Shown here: piece by piece, positions 10,758-21,955 of the stretch
Layout of the letters: each line of letters begins with the position of its first letter
How positions within the stretch are numbered: position 1 is the stretch's first letter
Assembly: GCA_028718985.1 (NCBI GenBank)
Contig: JAQUKQ010000006.1
Coordinates: forward strand, 10,061 to 42,060
Reading direction: 5' to 3'
Source of the DNA: Desulfobulbaceae bacterium
GTDB taxonomy: Bacteria > Desulfobacterota > Desulfobulbia > Desulfobulbales > VMSU01
Length of the DNA: 32,000 nt
Translations under genes and position numbers: made by a program
Notes under the pieces: generated by a model
What the model was told of the DNA's origin: nothing
The model's database searches: none
The model's input: the letters and a program-made list of their open reading frames with translations, nothing else

Positions 10758-11567
10758 TTAAGCTTGTGGGAAATTTACTCGGCGGACGATTTCAGGGTCA
10801 AAGTAGTTGATTGCCATGCCGGCATCAACAACGATAGCTTGAGCATTGATGCCAGAGGAACGTTCGGAGAGCAGAAAGGCGGCACAGTCGGCGGCTTCAG
10901 TGGTTTCGACACCGCGTTTTCGTGGGATCACTTGCTCGGCAAAGAGGTAGGAGTCAACATAACCGGGGATGCCGGCTGAGGCCGAGGTCTTTAGAAGCCC
11001 AGGGCAGACGGCGTTGAAGCGGATTTCGGAAAATTTGGCAAAGCTCTGAGCCAGAAAACAGAGGGATGATTCGAGGGCGGCCTTAATCGGGGCCATATAG
11101 CCATAATTTTCGGCCGCCATCCTGGTGGTGGAGATGGAGATGGTGACCACCGAGGCGTTTGGCGCAAGCACGGTGCTGAAGTGGTTGGCAATGGAGATCA
11201 GTGAAAAGCAGGAGATATTGACGGCCTGCAGAAAATCGGCCTTTATCGTTTGGTGGAAGGGCCTGAGTCCTGCTGAGTAATTGGCAAAGGCAATGGAGTG
11301 AACCAGCCCATGGATAGGGCCGTCGATGTCATGTGTGATGTCGTTTCGCAGACGGATAATGTTCTCTTCATCCTCGACATCACAGCAGTAGACCCGTGCC
11401 TCGGGGAAAAGCTTCATGGCCGTTGCTCGCCGCTCTTCGCTGCGCACGACATGGATAACCTCTGCCCCTTCTGCCAACAGGACTTTGGTGATGGCGCAGG
11501 CAACTGATTTCTTGTTGGCCAAGCCGAAGACGATAATGCGCTTGTTGTGCAGATTGAGGAAGGACAT
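10758..11567 (-). CDS. FabI-like enoyl-ACP reductase
   Basis: FabI-type SDR: [16 protein letters not shown] dinucleotide loop, catalytic Y-x6-K in [28 protein letters not shown]-like C-terminal loop. It is the last gene of the FAS-like cluster. Confidence 0.82.
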   Translation of the reverse strand: MSFLNLHNKRIIVFGLANKKSVACAITKVLLAEGAEVIHVVRSEERRATAMKLFPEARVYCCDVEDEENIIRLRNDITHDIDGPIHGLVHSIAFANYSAGLRPFHQTIKADFLQAVNISCFSLISIANHFSTVLAPNASVVTISISTTRMAAENYGYMAPIKAALESSLCFLAQSFAKFSEIRFNAVCPGLLKTSASAGIPGYVDSYLFAEQVIPRKRGVETTEAADCAAFLLSERSSGINAQAIVVDAGMAINYFDPEIVRRVNFPQA

Positions 11568-11574
11568 GGGCGGA

Positions 11575-12009
11575 TTACGGTGTTGTTGCTTCGGTGCAGC
11601 CGAATTCTACGCTGACTGCGGTTTTGCCATCGACCTTGACTTTGCCCTTCAGCACCCAGGCCGAACCGATTTTTTCCACCAGTTTAGCCTCCATGGTGAT
11701 GGTTGTCCCCGGTTGCACCTGGCGTTTGAACTTCGCACTGTAGATTCTGGTCAATACGGGAACACCGGAGAAGGAGATTCCATCTTGGTCGAGACGATGG
11801 GAGATCAAGAGTGCGCCGGCCTGGAAGACCGCCTCGCAGAGGATTACACCTGGAGTGATCGGTTGGTTTGGATAGTGGCCCTGATAGAGTTCAAGGTCGG
11901 CGGCCAAATCTTTTTCGGTGACGATCTTCTCGTCGTCGAGAGAGACAATTCGGTCAACCCACAGGAAGGGAGGCCGATGAGGGATCATGGCGCAAATATC
12001 AAATTCCAC
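11575..12009 (-). CDS. FabZ/FabA-like 3-hydroxyacyl-ACP dehydratase (hotdog fold)
   Basis: [13 protein letters not shown] and [22 protein letters not shown] match FabZ catalytic His/Glu motifs. GTG start at 12009 preceded by ggag; the ORF track extends to 12081. Confidence 0.82.
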   Translation of the reverse strand: MEFDICAMIPHRPPFLWVDRIVSLDDEKIVTEKDLAADLELYQGHYPNQPITPGVILCEAVFQAGALLISHRLDQDGISFSGVPVLTRIYSAKFKRQVQPGTTITMEAKLVEKIGSAWVLKGKVKVDGKTAVSVEFGCTEATTP

Positions 12010-12742
12010 CGTTGATCTCCAGAACGGAACCGGTAATGTAGGCAGCTTGTCGCCCGGCGAGAAAGAGGACGGCGTCTGCAACCTCTTCAGGGGTACCGAA
12101 ACGGGATAGGGGTACTAACTTTTGGTATTCAGCCCTTTTTTCGGGGGAAAGACCAGCAATCAGTTCGGTGTCGATGAAGCCTGGGGAGACACAGTTGACT
12201 GTGATTTTACGCTTGGCGGTCTCCTTGGAGAGTGAGCGCATCATGCCGATCTGCCCGGCCTTCGAGGCGGCATAATTGGCCTGCCCGGCAAATCCCAGGT
12301 GCGCCATCGGAGAGGTAATGAAGATAATTCGGCCGTATTTTTTCTTCATCATCAGCATAACCGCGAACTTGGCCATGTTGTAGGAGCCGGTCAGGTTGAC
12401 ATCAATGACGCGACGCCAGTCTTCCTCTGCCATCATGGCCAACACTCCATCACGACGGATACCGGCGTTGCTGACCATGATGTCGATGCTACTGAATTCC
12501 TCTTCAACGGCGGTGTAAAGGGTGTTGACCATCGCGTAGTCGGCTACGTCACACTGATGAAGGCGAAGGCGTCCCTCACTGTAATACTCATGCTTCATCA
12601 GATCCGCCGCCGCTTGATCCCCGCCATAGACACCAATCACCGTTGCCCCCCCGGCCAAGAGCGCTGTGCTAATCGCCCGGCCGATTCCTTTGGTGGCACC
12701 GGTGACAATGGCCACTTGCTGGTCGAATTGTCCTGTTGTCAT
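11999..12742 (-). CDS. FabG-like 3-oxoacyl-ACP reductase (SDR)
   Basis: VAIVTGATKGIGRAIS, SNAG, and a catalytic S...YAASK tetrad (FITSPMAHLGFAGQANYAASKAG). Start placed at MTTGQF. Confidence 0.85.
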   Translation of the reverse strand: MTTGQFDQQVAIVTGATKGIGRAISTALLAGGATVIGVYGGDQAAADLMKHEYYSEGRLRLHQCDVADYAMVNTLYTAVEEEFSSIDIMVSNAGIRRDGVLAMMAEEDWRRVIDVNLTGSYNMAKFAVMLMMKKKYGRIIFITSPMAHLGFAGQANYAASKAGQIGMMRSLSKETAKRKITVNCVSPGFIDTELIAGLSPEKRAEYQKLVPLSRFGTPEEVADAVLFLAGRQAAYITGSVLEINGGI

Positions 12743-12752
12743 CGCTTTCGCT

Positions 12753-14159
12753 TTATCCCCTGACGTAGGCATCCACGTCATTAGCAACAATCACTCCATA
12801 GTTGATTGCCCCGAGCCAGCCGGACATGATGATGCCGACCGAACCGACATGGAAGAGACCTGGTACGACCTTGAAGATCGAGCGGGAGATGTCTAACCCT
12901 TCGAACTTGGTGCCAAAGGATGAGCCATTCGTGTGCAGCGTGTAGCGCTGAAAGGTCTTCGGAGTGGCGGCCTCCAGCCAGTCGCACTTGGCTCTGATGC
13001 CGGGCAGGTATTTCTCGAGTCCGCTCATGGCGCGGTCGATCATCCTGCTCTTTGCCGCCTCGTAGTCGGTATCGTTAAGGCTAACCCAATCGTCATAGTG
13101 GCCGTTCATGGAGGCGACAATGGTGTAACGGTCATGGCCTGGTCTGGTTTTTGGGTAGTAGAGTGAAAAGGTGCGGCTCTTGGTCTCCATGTTCAGCATC
13201 TCGTCGGCACTGAAATCAGCCGCCTCTGAAGTGAAGAGCAAATCACCGATATCGTCGATGGCTTCGCCTTTTTTGACCCCCATGTAGACCTGGCAGCTCG
13301 AATTGTTGACCTTGACAAGGTCGCAATCCTTCATGAAGTCGGCAGGGAAGGCCTCGCGGCCTGCCAGGTCGTTGACGGTGTTGAGGATGCCGGCGTTTGA
13401 GACTACGGCCTTGGCACTGATTTCTCGATTTTTTACAATGACACCGCGCACTTGCCCTTTATCAATAATGATCCGATCAACTTTAGAGCGGTCGCAGAAG
13501 GTCACCCCATTTTTTTCAGCCTCTTCCACCATCATGCCGATCAGTTTATCGGTGCCACCGCTGAAGGTGAAGACCCCCTTGTTCATGAAGTTTGAAAAGA
13601 CGATGCCATAGGTAATTGCCGGATCATTTAACGTGGAACCGTTGGCGTAGGTAATGGGTTCCATGAGCAGGCGGTGGACATCGCTGCGGCCAGGAAAAAA
13701 TTTCTCGAAGAGTTCTCTGGTCGTCATGCGGCGGTCGTCGAAGAAATTCATACCGGCGACGGTGGTGAAGAAGCTCTCAACGGTCTGACGTGTAATTTTA
13801 AAGGTGTTGGTCAGGATATCGCTAAAATTTTGGCGATCGAAGGTGGTGGTCAAGGAAAATTGGGGATTGTCAAAGCGGATATTTCTGAGCTGGACAATGG
13901 AGTCCATGATGGCTTTGTTCCAATATTTACGGCAGGTCTTGACCATGCCGTATGGAAAGCCGTGCAGGGAGATGTCGAAAATATGGTCTTTTCGTTTGAA
14001 CCAGGTAGCAAGCCCACCGAGTTGGTGGTGATGCTCAAGGAGTAACACCTGATGGCCGGCCTTAGCCAGGCGGTTGGCGGAGGTCAGGCCACCGAGGCCT
14101 GAGCCGATAACAATAACATCATAGGTGTTCTTGAGTTCGTCAATTGAGTGATAAACCAT
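12753..14159 (-). CDS. FAD-dependent phytoene-desaturase/CrtI-like oxidoreductase
   Basis: N-terminal [41 protein letters not shown] (Rossmann FAD site) and C-terminal [20 protein letters not shown]. Confidence 0.85.
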   Translation of the reverse strand: MVYHSIDELKNTYDVIVIGSGLGGLTSANRLAKAGHQVLLLEHHHQLGGLATWFKRKDHIFDISLHGFPYGMVKTCRKYWNKAIMDSIVQLRNIRFDNPQFSLTTTFDRQNFSDILTNTFKITRQTVESFFTTVAGMNFFDDRRMTTRELFEKFFPGRSDVHRLLMEPITYANGSTLNDPAITYGIVFSNFMNKGVFTFSGGTDKLIGMMVEEAEKNGVTFCDRSKVDRIIIDKGQVRGVIVKNREISAKAVVSNAGILNTVNDLAGREAFPADFMKDCDLVKVNNSSCQVYMGVKKGEAIDDIGDLLFTSEAADFSADEMLNMETKSRTFSLYYPKTRPGHDRYTIVASMNGHYDDWVSLNDTDYEAAKSRMIDRAMSGLEKYLPGIRAKCDWLEAATPKTFQRYTLHTNGSSFGTKFEGLDISRSIFKVVPGLFHVGSVGIIMSGWLGAINYGVIVANDVDAYVRG

Positions 14160-14233
14160 GGAATTTCAGAGGAAGTGAGAAAAGTTAGCAGCCGTCGCCC
14201 AATCTTTGCCAAGGGCAGCAATTATAGTTGAAT

Positions 14234-15658
14234 TCAGGCCGTGTCTTGATCGGTTACGGTTAGAAGTTGTTGATTGACAATGGTGACGCCGCTCAACATG
14301 GCACCGACGATACCCAGGAAACCCTGATCAGTGCCAGCAAGGAGTAGGTTCCGGTAGCGGGTTAGGCCATCCTTGATTTTCAAGGGGCTACCGTATACCG
14401 CACCTGCCGCCTTGCCGCTGTAGTGTTCAATACTGAGAGGTGTAAAGGTATCTAGATATACTATGTTTTGGCTGAAATTCCCAATCATTTTGCCGATTTT
14501 GGCAAGTGAGAGCTCTTGCCATGATTTTTTCATTGCTAAATATTGGCTTGATCGGCCGTTGACAGAGGTTTGGTCGGCCAGGCGGAAGCTTTCGTAGTTG
14601 GCGGGATGGGTGACGCGGATTTGAATCGGATCGCGGGGCTCCAGTTCCTGGAAGTTGGCGGGGAAGTTAATGACTCCAACGCCTATATCAATGGGCTCGG
14701 CTGGGCGGCGATAGAGGAACGTGTCACGGTCACTATAGAAAATGCAAGTAGCATCGTGCTGGATGTCAGTCAGGGTGGATTGGGGCAGAAGGTAGATCGA
14801 TTCGACAAAACTTAATCGCCCAACATAGTCGTTGCGCACACCAGGCAGGCAGTCGGGCAGCAAGGCCATGGTGCCGACGGCACCAATGGTTGAAAGCACG
14901 GTTTGTGCCTCGATCTCTTCGCCGGTTGCCAACCGCACGCCAAGGACGGTGCCTTTTCTTACGAGGAGGGACTCCACTCCTGTGCGGTAACGAATTTCAC
15001 CGCCCAAGGCGAGGTAATGGTCTTGCAGCATCTCCAGAAAATCACGGATGCTGCCTGCTGGCCGGAAGAACCCTTCGAGAAAGACCGCCTGGAACATAAT
15101 GACAAATTGCGCCAGGTCCATGTCGTCTTCTTCACTGTTGCCATAGATCATTAAGGGGCAGAGGAGCATCTCGATGAGCAGCGGATCAGGGATGAAGGAG
15201 CGTAGTCGTTGGCGGGCCGAAAGCCATGGACGCTTGAGGAATGGGTCGTAATGTTTGATGAAATCGGTAAGCTGCGTAAAGCCCGCGGCGGAGGCTGGAA
15301 AGTTAGTGCAAACCTCATTGTGCAGGCAGGAGAAATCGTTGCTGAAGTGGAGACTTTTGGTGGGGAAACGGATCTCCGAGCCGATCTGCTCGTGGGTCCG
15401 AAAGGTCTTGCGGGAGAGCTTGAGCTGACGAAAAAGACGGTTGAGGGGGGCGGATCGATCTTTGGGCCCGGCGTAATTGGTCATGGCATGGAGGCCGGTC
15501 TCAAACAGATGCCCTTGCCGATGATAGTAGGAGTTGAGGCCGCCAGGCCGGGTATGTTTTTCCAGGATGACTGTCGGCTTTCCAAAGCGGGCCAAGCGGA
15601 TGGCGGCGGCAAGCCCGGACATGCCACCGCCGATGATAACGATTGGCTGCTCTTTCAC
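14234..15658 (-). CDS. FAD-dependent phytoene-desaturase/CrtI-like oxidoreductase (second, divergent copy)
   Basis: GTG start; PIVIIGGGMSGLAAAIRLARFGKPTVILEKHTRPGGLNSYY and C-terminal LLLAGTDQGFLGIVGAMLSGV. Confidence 0.85.
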   Translation of the reverse strand: MKEQPIVIIGGGMSGLAAAIRLARFGKPTVILEKHTRPGGLNSYYHRQGHLFETGLHAMTNYAGPKDRSAPLNRLFRQLKLSRKTFRTHEQIGSEIRFPTKSLHFSNDFSCLHNEVCTNFPASAAGFTQLTDFIKHYDPFLKRPWLSARQRLRSFIPDPLLIEMLLCPLMIYGNSEEDDMDLAQFVIMFQAVFLEGFFRPAGSIRDFLEMLQDHYLALGGEIRYRTGVESLLVRKGTVLGVRLATGEEIEAQTVLSTIGAVGTMALLPDCLPGVRNDYVGRLSFVESIYLLPQSTLTDIQHDATCIFYSDRDTFLYRRPAEPIDIGVGVINFPANFQELEPRDPIQIRVTHPANYESFRLADQTSVNGRSSQYLAMKKSWQELSLAKIGKMIGNFSQNIVYLDTFTPLSIEHYSGKAAGAVYGSPLKIKDGLTRYRNLLLAGTDQGFLGIVGAMLSGVTIVNQQLLTVTDQDTA

Positions 15659-15659
15659 C

Positions 15660-15914
15660 TCAGACGTCGCGCAGTTTAGGCTCCAGATAATTCACGCAGG
15701 AATCGAGGGTGGCGAGCTGCGGGTAATCCTCTTCCGGGATTTGCAATTTGTATCGCTTGCGAAGCTCCATGACGATGTCAAGAAAATCCATTGAGTCGAG
15801 ATCCAACTGATCCCGCAATGGTTTGTCTGACGCCAGGGTAGCGGTGTCGGCGTCCTCGTCGATATCTTTGATTATTTCAATAATTACGTCGTTTATTGCG
15901 TCTCTGTTCATCAA
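15660..15914 (-). CDS. Acyl carrier protein
   Basis: 84-aa acidic protein with the phosphopantetheine attachment motif LDLDSMDFLDIVMEL. Confidence 0.9.
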   Translation of the reverse strand: MMNRDAINDVIIEIIKDIDEDADTATLASDKPLRDQLDLDSMDFLDIVMELRKRYKLQIPEEDYPQLATLDSCVNYLEPKLRDV

Positions 15915-15937
15915 GAATCCTCGTATATGAAAACGAA

Positions 15938-17185
15938 TTATCCGTTATATTTTTTGACAATAATGACCGAGTTGATGCCGACCATGCCAAATGAATTATT
16001 GAGAATGGTTTCAACCTTGTCGATTGTGCGTGCCTCATTGAGTACCAGATTGGGCAGGGCACATTCAGGATCGAGACGATCGACGTTTATGGTTGGGTGT
16101 ACCATATGGTCGCTAAATGCCGGCAAGTTGGCCGCGAGTTCTAACACTCCCGCCGCACCCATGGCATGTCCAATGATACTTTTTGTGTTATTGAACCACG
16201 TGGTCGGGCAGTCTGCAAAGATCTCGGCGAGACCCCGACACTCTTCAATATCTCCCTGCCGGGTGCCAGTGGCATGGGTGTTGACGATATCGATATCGTC
16301 TGGTTTTAAGCCTGCCCGAGAGAGTGCCAAGCGGATACACTCGGCCTGACGCGGGCCATGGGGCATGACGAAATCTAGGGCGTCTGAATTCATGGCATAG
16401 CCGACGATCTCACCGTAGATCTTGGCGCCGCGCTGTAAGGCGCGATCTAATCTCTCCAGGCAATACAGGCATGCCCCTTCAGAGATGACAATGCCGTCTC
16501 GGTCAAGATCAAAGGGACGACTGGCCTTGGTAGGATCCTGGTGGTTGGCCAATGCGCCTTGCGCCTTGAAACTTGCGAAGATGCCAAAAGAGCCAACTGA
16601 TTCTGAGATGCCACCGCAGAGGGCCAGCTCAACCTCGCCTAGGCGCAGCATCTGAGCGCCTTGAATAAGGGCAGCATTACCGGCGGCACAGGCGGCACCA
16701 ACAGAATAATGGGGGCCAGTGATGCCGAGGCTCATGGTAATTTCGCCTGCCGGGTTGTTAAGGACGGTGCGTGGGTTGTGATGATGCGTCCAGTAGTCTA
16801 CATTGTAACCGTATTGGCTGATGTTGTAGACTTCGTTCTCAGTCTCCACGGTGCCGTGCTCGGTAAGCCCAATATAGACACCCGTCAGGTCGCGGCGATA
16901 CTCGCTGAAGTTTATCCCGGCGTCGGCTAGGGCCTCATGAGCGGCATAGACGCCGAGGCAGCCAGCCCTGGTGCCTCGTTTGTTATCTTTTTTCTTGCGA
17001 TACCTGGTCTCAGGGAAAGTGCACACCCCAGCCGGGGCCTTACCCATATAGCGCAACTCAATTTCTCGAATTTCACTTGTGCCTGCTAAGACCTTTGCGC
17101 GGAAATCGTTGAGGTTGTCAGCGTTGGGTGCGGCCAAGCCAACTCCGGTAATTACGATCCGCTGCTGTATTGGCAGGGTATTCAT
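15938..17185 (-). CDS. FabF-like beta-ketoacyl-ACP synthase
   Basis: Catalytic C-H-H triad contexts: SVGAACAAGNAA, VNTHATGTRQGD, KSIIGHAMGAAG. The C-terminal loop reads NSFGMVGIN. Confidence 0.9.
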   Translation of the reverse strand: MNTLPIQQRIVITGVGLAAPNADNLNDFRAKVLAGTSEIREIELRYMGKAPAGVCTFPETRYRKKKDNKRGTRAGCLGVYAAHEALADAGINFSEYRRDLTGVYIGLTEHGTVETENEVYNISQYGYNVDYWTHHHNPRTVLNNPAGEITMSLGITGPHYSVGAACAAGNAALIQGAQMLRLGEVELALCGGISESVGSFGIFASFKAQGALANHQDPTKASRPFDLDRDGIVISEGACLYCLERLDRALQRGAKIYGEIVGYAMNSDALDFVMPHGPRQAECIRLALSRAGLKPDDIDIVNTHATGTRQGDIEECRGLAEIFADCPTTWFNNTKSIIGHAMGAAGVLELAANLPAFSDHMVHPTINVDRLDPECALPNLVLNEARTIDKVETILNNSFGMVGINSVIIVKKYNG

Positions 17186-17378
17186 TTGTTAGATGTCAAG
17201 CCTCCCGGCATGGCAGTCGCAACAGGCCTGAACCTGCAAGTCAAAAAAAGAGTTAAAGGAACGGTGGATGGGGCGTGCCCAGCAACGTGCCAGCCAAACA
17301 GTGTACAACACGGAATGTAAAGGGAAATTCATAAAAAGAGAGAAACTATAATAAAAAATCGCCAGACTGTCGATAGGA

Positions 17379-18026
17379 TTATTCAAATTGCTGTTTGAAA
17401 CGGGTAAATTCTGCACGGAGTTGTTGAAGTCCCTCCCTCAGAGATTCAATCTCGCTGGACATGGTATCTATTCGGTCATTTTCATTACGAACGGACAGGG
17501 TGGCTGGTTCTGGGCGGGCGGCGGGCATCTCTTCTGGGGTTGGCTCACCGGACAGGAGATGTGCATAGCGCGGCTCTTTCCTGCCAGCCTGTCGAGGGAG
17601 TTTAACGACGTACTCGGCCTCAATCATTTCGTTCAATGTTGTTTCGACGGCTGTGATATCTGCAAAAGAGAAGGCTCGCTCGCAGCGGGTTCTGATCTCG
17701 CCAACCGTCTGTGGCCCTCGGAGCAAGAGCACCATCAAAATGGCCGATTCACGGCCTAAAAGGCTATGCCGATGCAGAAAAGTTTCGGCGTATTTAGGGA
17801 CCCGGCTGGCATCGCTTTGCACTGCCAACTGTTTCTCTTTAAGGGAGTCGAGCGCGCGCACGACGGTTGTTTCATCAAAATCAAAGATTGGATCTCGATT
17901 CGACTTCTGATTGCAGGCCGTGGTCAATGCGACAAGAGAAAGGGGGTAATAGTCTGGTGTCGTCAGACTCTTTTCAATGAGTGACCCTAAAACCCGCGCT
18001 TCGACATCACTTAAGATGAAGTCCAT
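17379..18026 (-). CDS. YceH-like (DUF480) protein
   Basis: LSDVEARVLGSLIEKSLTTPDYYPLSLVALTTACNQKSNRDP...LLRGPQTVGEIRTR...YAHLLSGE follows the E. coli YceH pattern. Start at MDFILSDVE (18026). Confidence 0.85.
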   Translation of the reverse strand: MDFILSDVEARVLGSLIEKSLTTPDYYPLSLVALTTACNQKSNRDPIFDFDETTVVRALDSLKEKQLAVQSDASRVPKYAETFLHRHSLLGRESAILMVLLLRGPQTVGEIRTRCERAFSFADITAVETTLNEMIEAEYVVKLPRQAGRKEPRYAHLLSGEPTPEEMPAARPEPATLSVRNENDRIDTMSSEIESLREGLQQLRAEFTRFKQQFE

Positions 18027-18120
18027 GTTCCCTCCATTGTAAGCACGTAACTGCTTGGCAGTGGCGCGCACGGCACATTTCTACCGTTCACTCACCTGCC
18101 GGTCGTATGTCGCTTACCGT

Positions 18121-18162
18121 AAAAAAAAAAGCACAAAGAGGGAGGCAAACACCCTTTGCGCC
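18121..18162 (-). terminator. Putative Rho-independent terminator of ilvC
   Basis: Imperfect stem gcacaaagaggg / ccctttgcgc followed on the minus strand by a 10-T tract (18121-18130). Confidence 0.65.
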
Positions 18163-18188
18163 TTTTTTATGGGTTTCTTGCGGTTTGC

Positions 18189-19721
<1,533 letters not shown>

Positions 19722-19757
19722 TTACGCTTCTGTCTCCAAAAGACAGAAACTGAAACA

Positions 19758-20030
19758 TTATGCGAGTGCTTCTTTCAGCGCTTTGCCTGGTTTGAACTTC
19801 GGCACTTTTTTGGCGGCAATTTTCAAGGCTTTGCCGTTGCTCGGGTTGCGGCCAGTACGGGCGGCACGCTCGTTGACGGAAAAAGATCCGAAACCAGTGA
19901 GAGAGACAGAATCCCCGTTAGTCATGGCGGTGGTCAAAGACTCAAGTAAGGCCTGCAGAGCTCTGCTGGCATCTGCCTTGGTAATCCCGGCGTTTTCGGC
20001 AATAGCTGTAACTAGTTCGGACTTGTTCAT
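19758..20030 (-). CDS. HU-family DNA-binding protein
   Basis: MNKSELVTAIAENAGITKADASRAL...GFGSFSVNERAARTGRNPSNGKALKI, the canonical HU/IHF family signature. Confidence 0.95.
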   Translation of the reverse strand: MNKSELVTAIAENAGITKADASRALQALLESLTTAMTNGDSVSLTGFGSFSVNERAARTGRNPSNGKALKIAAKKVPKFKPGKALKEALA

Positions 20031-20287
20031 AATTCACCTTGTGCTTAATTGATTGAAATTGAAATGGTTCCACCTTTCGTAACGACTTCGATCTATTTGA
20101 AAACCGTAGTAACTTAAGTTCGTTTATGGCTGTTCTTTTGCTTGGCACGGCAGTTGGGAGAGAGAGGGAGGTTAACGCATCCCTCAAGGGCCGGCTGATG
20201 ATGAAAAGATTCACTAGAGATGCGGATAATATAAACTATAGAGAGGGAAGAGTTGCAAGTGTAAAATTGATTTTTTGCTAAAAAAAA

Positions 20288-21955
20288 TTAGAGGGGAAGT
20301 GGCAGGGTGATAGTAAAGGTGGAGCCTTTGTCTACCGTACTTTTGACGGCTATTTTCCCTTGGTGTCCTTCAATAATCTGTAAAATTATGGCCAGTCCCA
20401 GACCGGTGCCATTTTCTCTGGTTGTGAAAAAAGGGGCGAAAATGTCGGAGAGCATTGAGGCAGGAATGCCGCAACCACTATCGCTGACCTCGATTACGGC
20501 AAAAACCTTACCATCGCTTGCGGTCTCTTCTTGGGCGCTGATTTCGATCCTGCCGCCGGACTCCATACTGAGGCATGCGTTATGGATGAGGTTCAAAAAA
20601 ACTTGTTTCAATTGGTGTTGATCCGCCCAGCAGTCGAAGTTGTGAGGGATGTCGGTGTGCAGGTGGCAGTTGCTCTTGAACTTTGCACTCTGCTGGATAA
20701 CGGTCCAGCATTCATCAATCAATGATGGCAAAGGGATCCATGTTTGTTCCGGAACCGCAGGTTTGGAGAATTGTAAAAAATCTGTGATATTGGTTTCAAG
20801 GCGGGAACATTCTCGAGTGATAATAGTTAAGAGGCTATGATTCGTTGACGAGGTGGGGAATTCTTGGGCCAGCACTTGAGCGGCACCTGAAATGGCGGCC
20901 AGGGGATTTCTGAACTCATGGGCAATGCCTGCGGCAATTTTACCAATAGCGGCCATCTTTTCATTTTGACGGATTTGTTCCTCCATCTGGCGAATACGAC
21001 TGAGATCCTGCAAGGTGTAGACACGGCAATCATCCTGCACCTCAGGCATGTTGAGCCGAGACCAGGAGTATCCGACCGGGATATGACGCTGATCTTTACG
21101 GACGAGTTCCATGGTGGGACGGTCATCTGTCTGGGCCGCGCTTAGGAGGCCAGGAAAGATCTTGCTCAGATTGCGATCCATTACCTCGAAGGCAGCGTAG
21201 CCGGTAATGGCCTCGGCGGCTCGATTAAAAGAGGTGATTTTTCCCTGGGCATCAACCGTAATAATGCCGGAGGTGATGTCATCAAAAATTTGTTTGTAGA
21301 GTTGGCTTAAGAAGTCAAGATGGCGAGAGGTCTGATTGAGTGCCGTTTCGGCCCAGTTCAGCCGTTCTGACAGAAAGGCGCTGAGCAGGGCGACGAGAAT
21401 AAAAGAGAAGCTGTAAATTAAAAAATTTTGCAGCAGAATCGCTGGCGCGGTGACGGCGTTAGGCCTAATAACGGCGGGTAATTGGGTTGCCCAGTCGATG
21501 TATTGCGAAGAGAGCATGAGCCCGTAGCTGATAATCGTAAAGCCCGCAATGATCATTCCGCCCCGGCGAAAAAGCATGAGCCCTGCACTGATGATCGGGA
21601 AAAAATAGAGAAAGGTGAAGATAGATTCGCTGCCGCCGGAAGCATAGATGATCATGGTGATCAGCACAGAATCGGCCAGGATCTGGCCGTAGGTGAAGTT
21701 CTCGAGACGGTTGAGCCGATTGATGGTGACTGCCGAAGCAATGCTGAAAAGATAGATGAAAAGACAGAAAAAAACGATAGCGACGATAGGGGGAAGGTTA
21801 AGCCCGGGGTGTGAGACTTGCAGGATTGAACTGGTACCTAGAAAGAGAGAGAGCAGAAAGACACGGAGCAGAAGAAGCCATTTGACTTGGCGGCGGAGTC
21901 TTGATTCGTCAGAGAGGCTGTTTGCGGTTGGGCTAAGTTGGATGCTGGCAGCCAC
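20288..21955 (-). CDS. Sensor histidine kinase (PilS-like: six-TM region, PAS, HisKA, HATPase)
   Basis: Hydrophobic N-terminal third, PAS-like QIFDDITSGIITVDAQGKITSFNRAAEAITGY, H-box HEFRNPLAAISGAAQVL, G-boxes DSGCGIPASM and TTRENGTGLGLAI. Confidence 0.93.
   Translation of the reverse strand: MAASIQLSPTANSLSDESRLRRQVKWLLLLRVFLLSLFLGTSSILQVSHPGLNLPPIVAIVFFCLFIYLFSIASAVTINRLNRLENFTYGQILADSVLITMIIYASGGSESIFTFLYFFPIISAGLMLFRRGGMIIAGFTIISYGLMLSSQYIDWATQLPAVIRPNAVTAPAILLQNFLIYSFSFILVALLSAFLSERLNWAETALNQTSRHLDFLSQLYKQIFDDITSGIITVDAQGKITSFNRAAEAITGYAAFEVMDRNLSKIFPGLLSAAQTDDRPTMELVRKDQRHIPVGYSWSRLNMPEVQDDCRVYTLQDLSRIRQMEEQIRQNEKMAAIGKIAAGIAHEFRNPLAAISGAAQVLAQEFPTSSTNHSLLTIITRECSRLETNITDFLQFSKPAVPEQTWIPLPSLIDECWTVIQQSAKFKSNCHLHTDIPHNFDCWADQHQLKQVFLNLIHNACLSMESGGRIEISAQEETASDGKVFAVIEVSDSGCGIPASMLSDIFAPFFTTRENGTGLGLAIILQIIEGHQGKIAVKSTVDKGSTFTITLPLPL

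Noticed and set aside
15209-15679. 156-aa plus-strand ORF
   Set aside because: Antisense to the intact FAD oxidoreductase gene; GC-skew shadow ORF with no family signature.
17189-17416. 75-aa minus-strand ORF between the yceH-like and KS genes
   Set aside because: Overlaps the yceH-like 3' end, no RBS or recognisable domain. The spacer is more likely the leader of the FAS-like cluster.
20135-20155. Possible sigma54 -24/-12 element (ttggcacggcagttggg) near the PilR/PilS genes
   Set aside because: The -12 GC is degenerate, and the orientation would transcribe antisense into the kinase gene. Insufficient support.
19942-20214. 90-aa minus-strand ORF overlapping HU
   Set aside because: Out-of-frame with strongly supported HU; sequence lacks family features.
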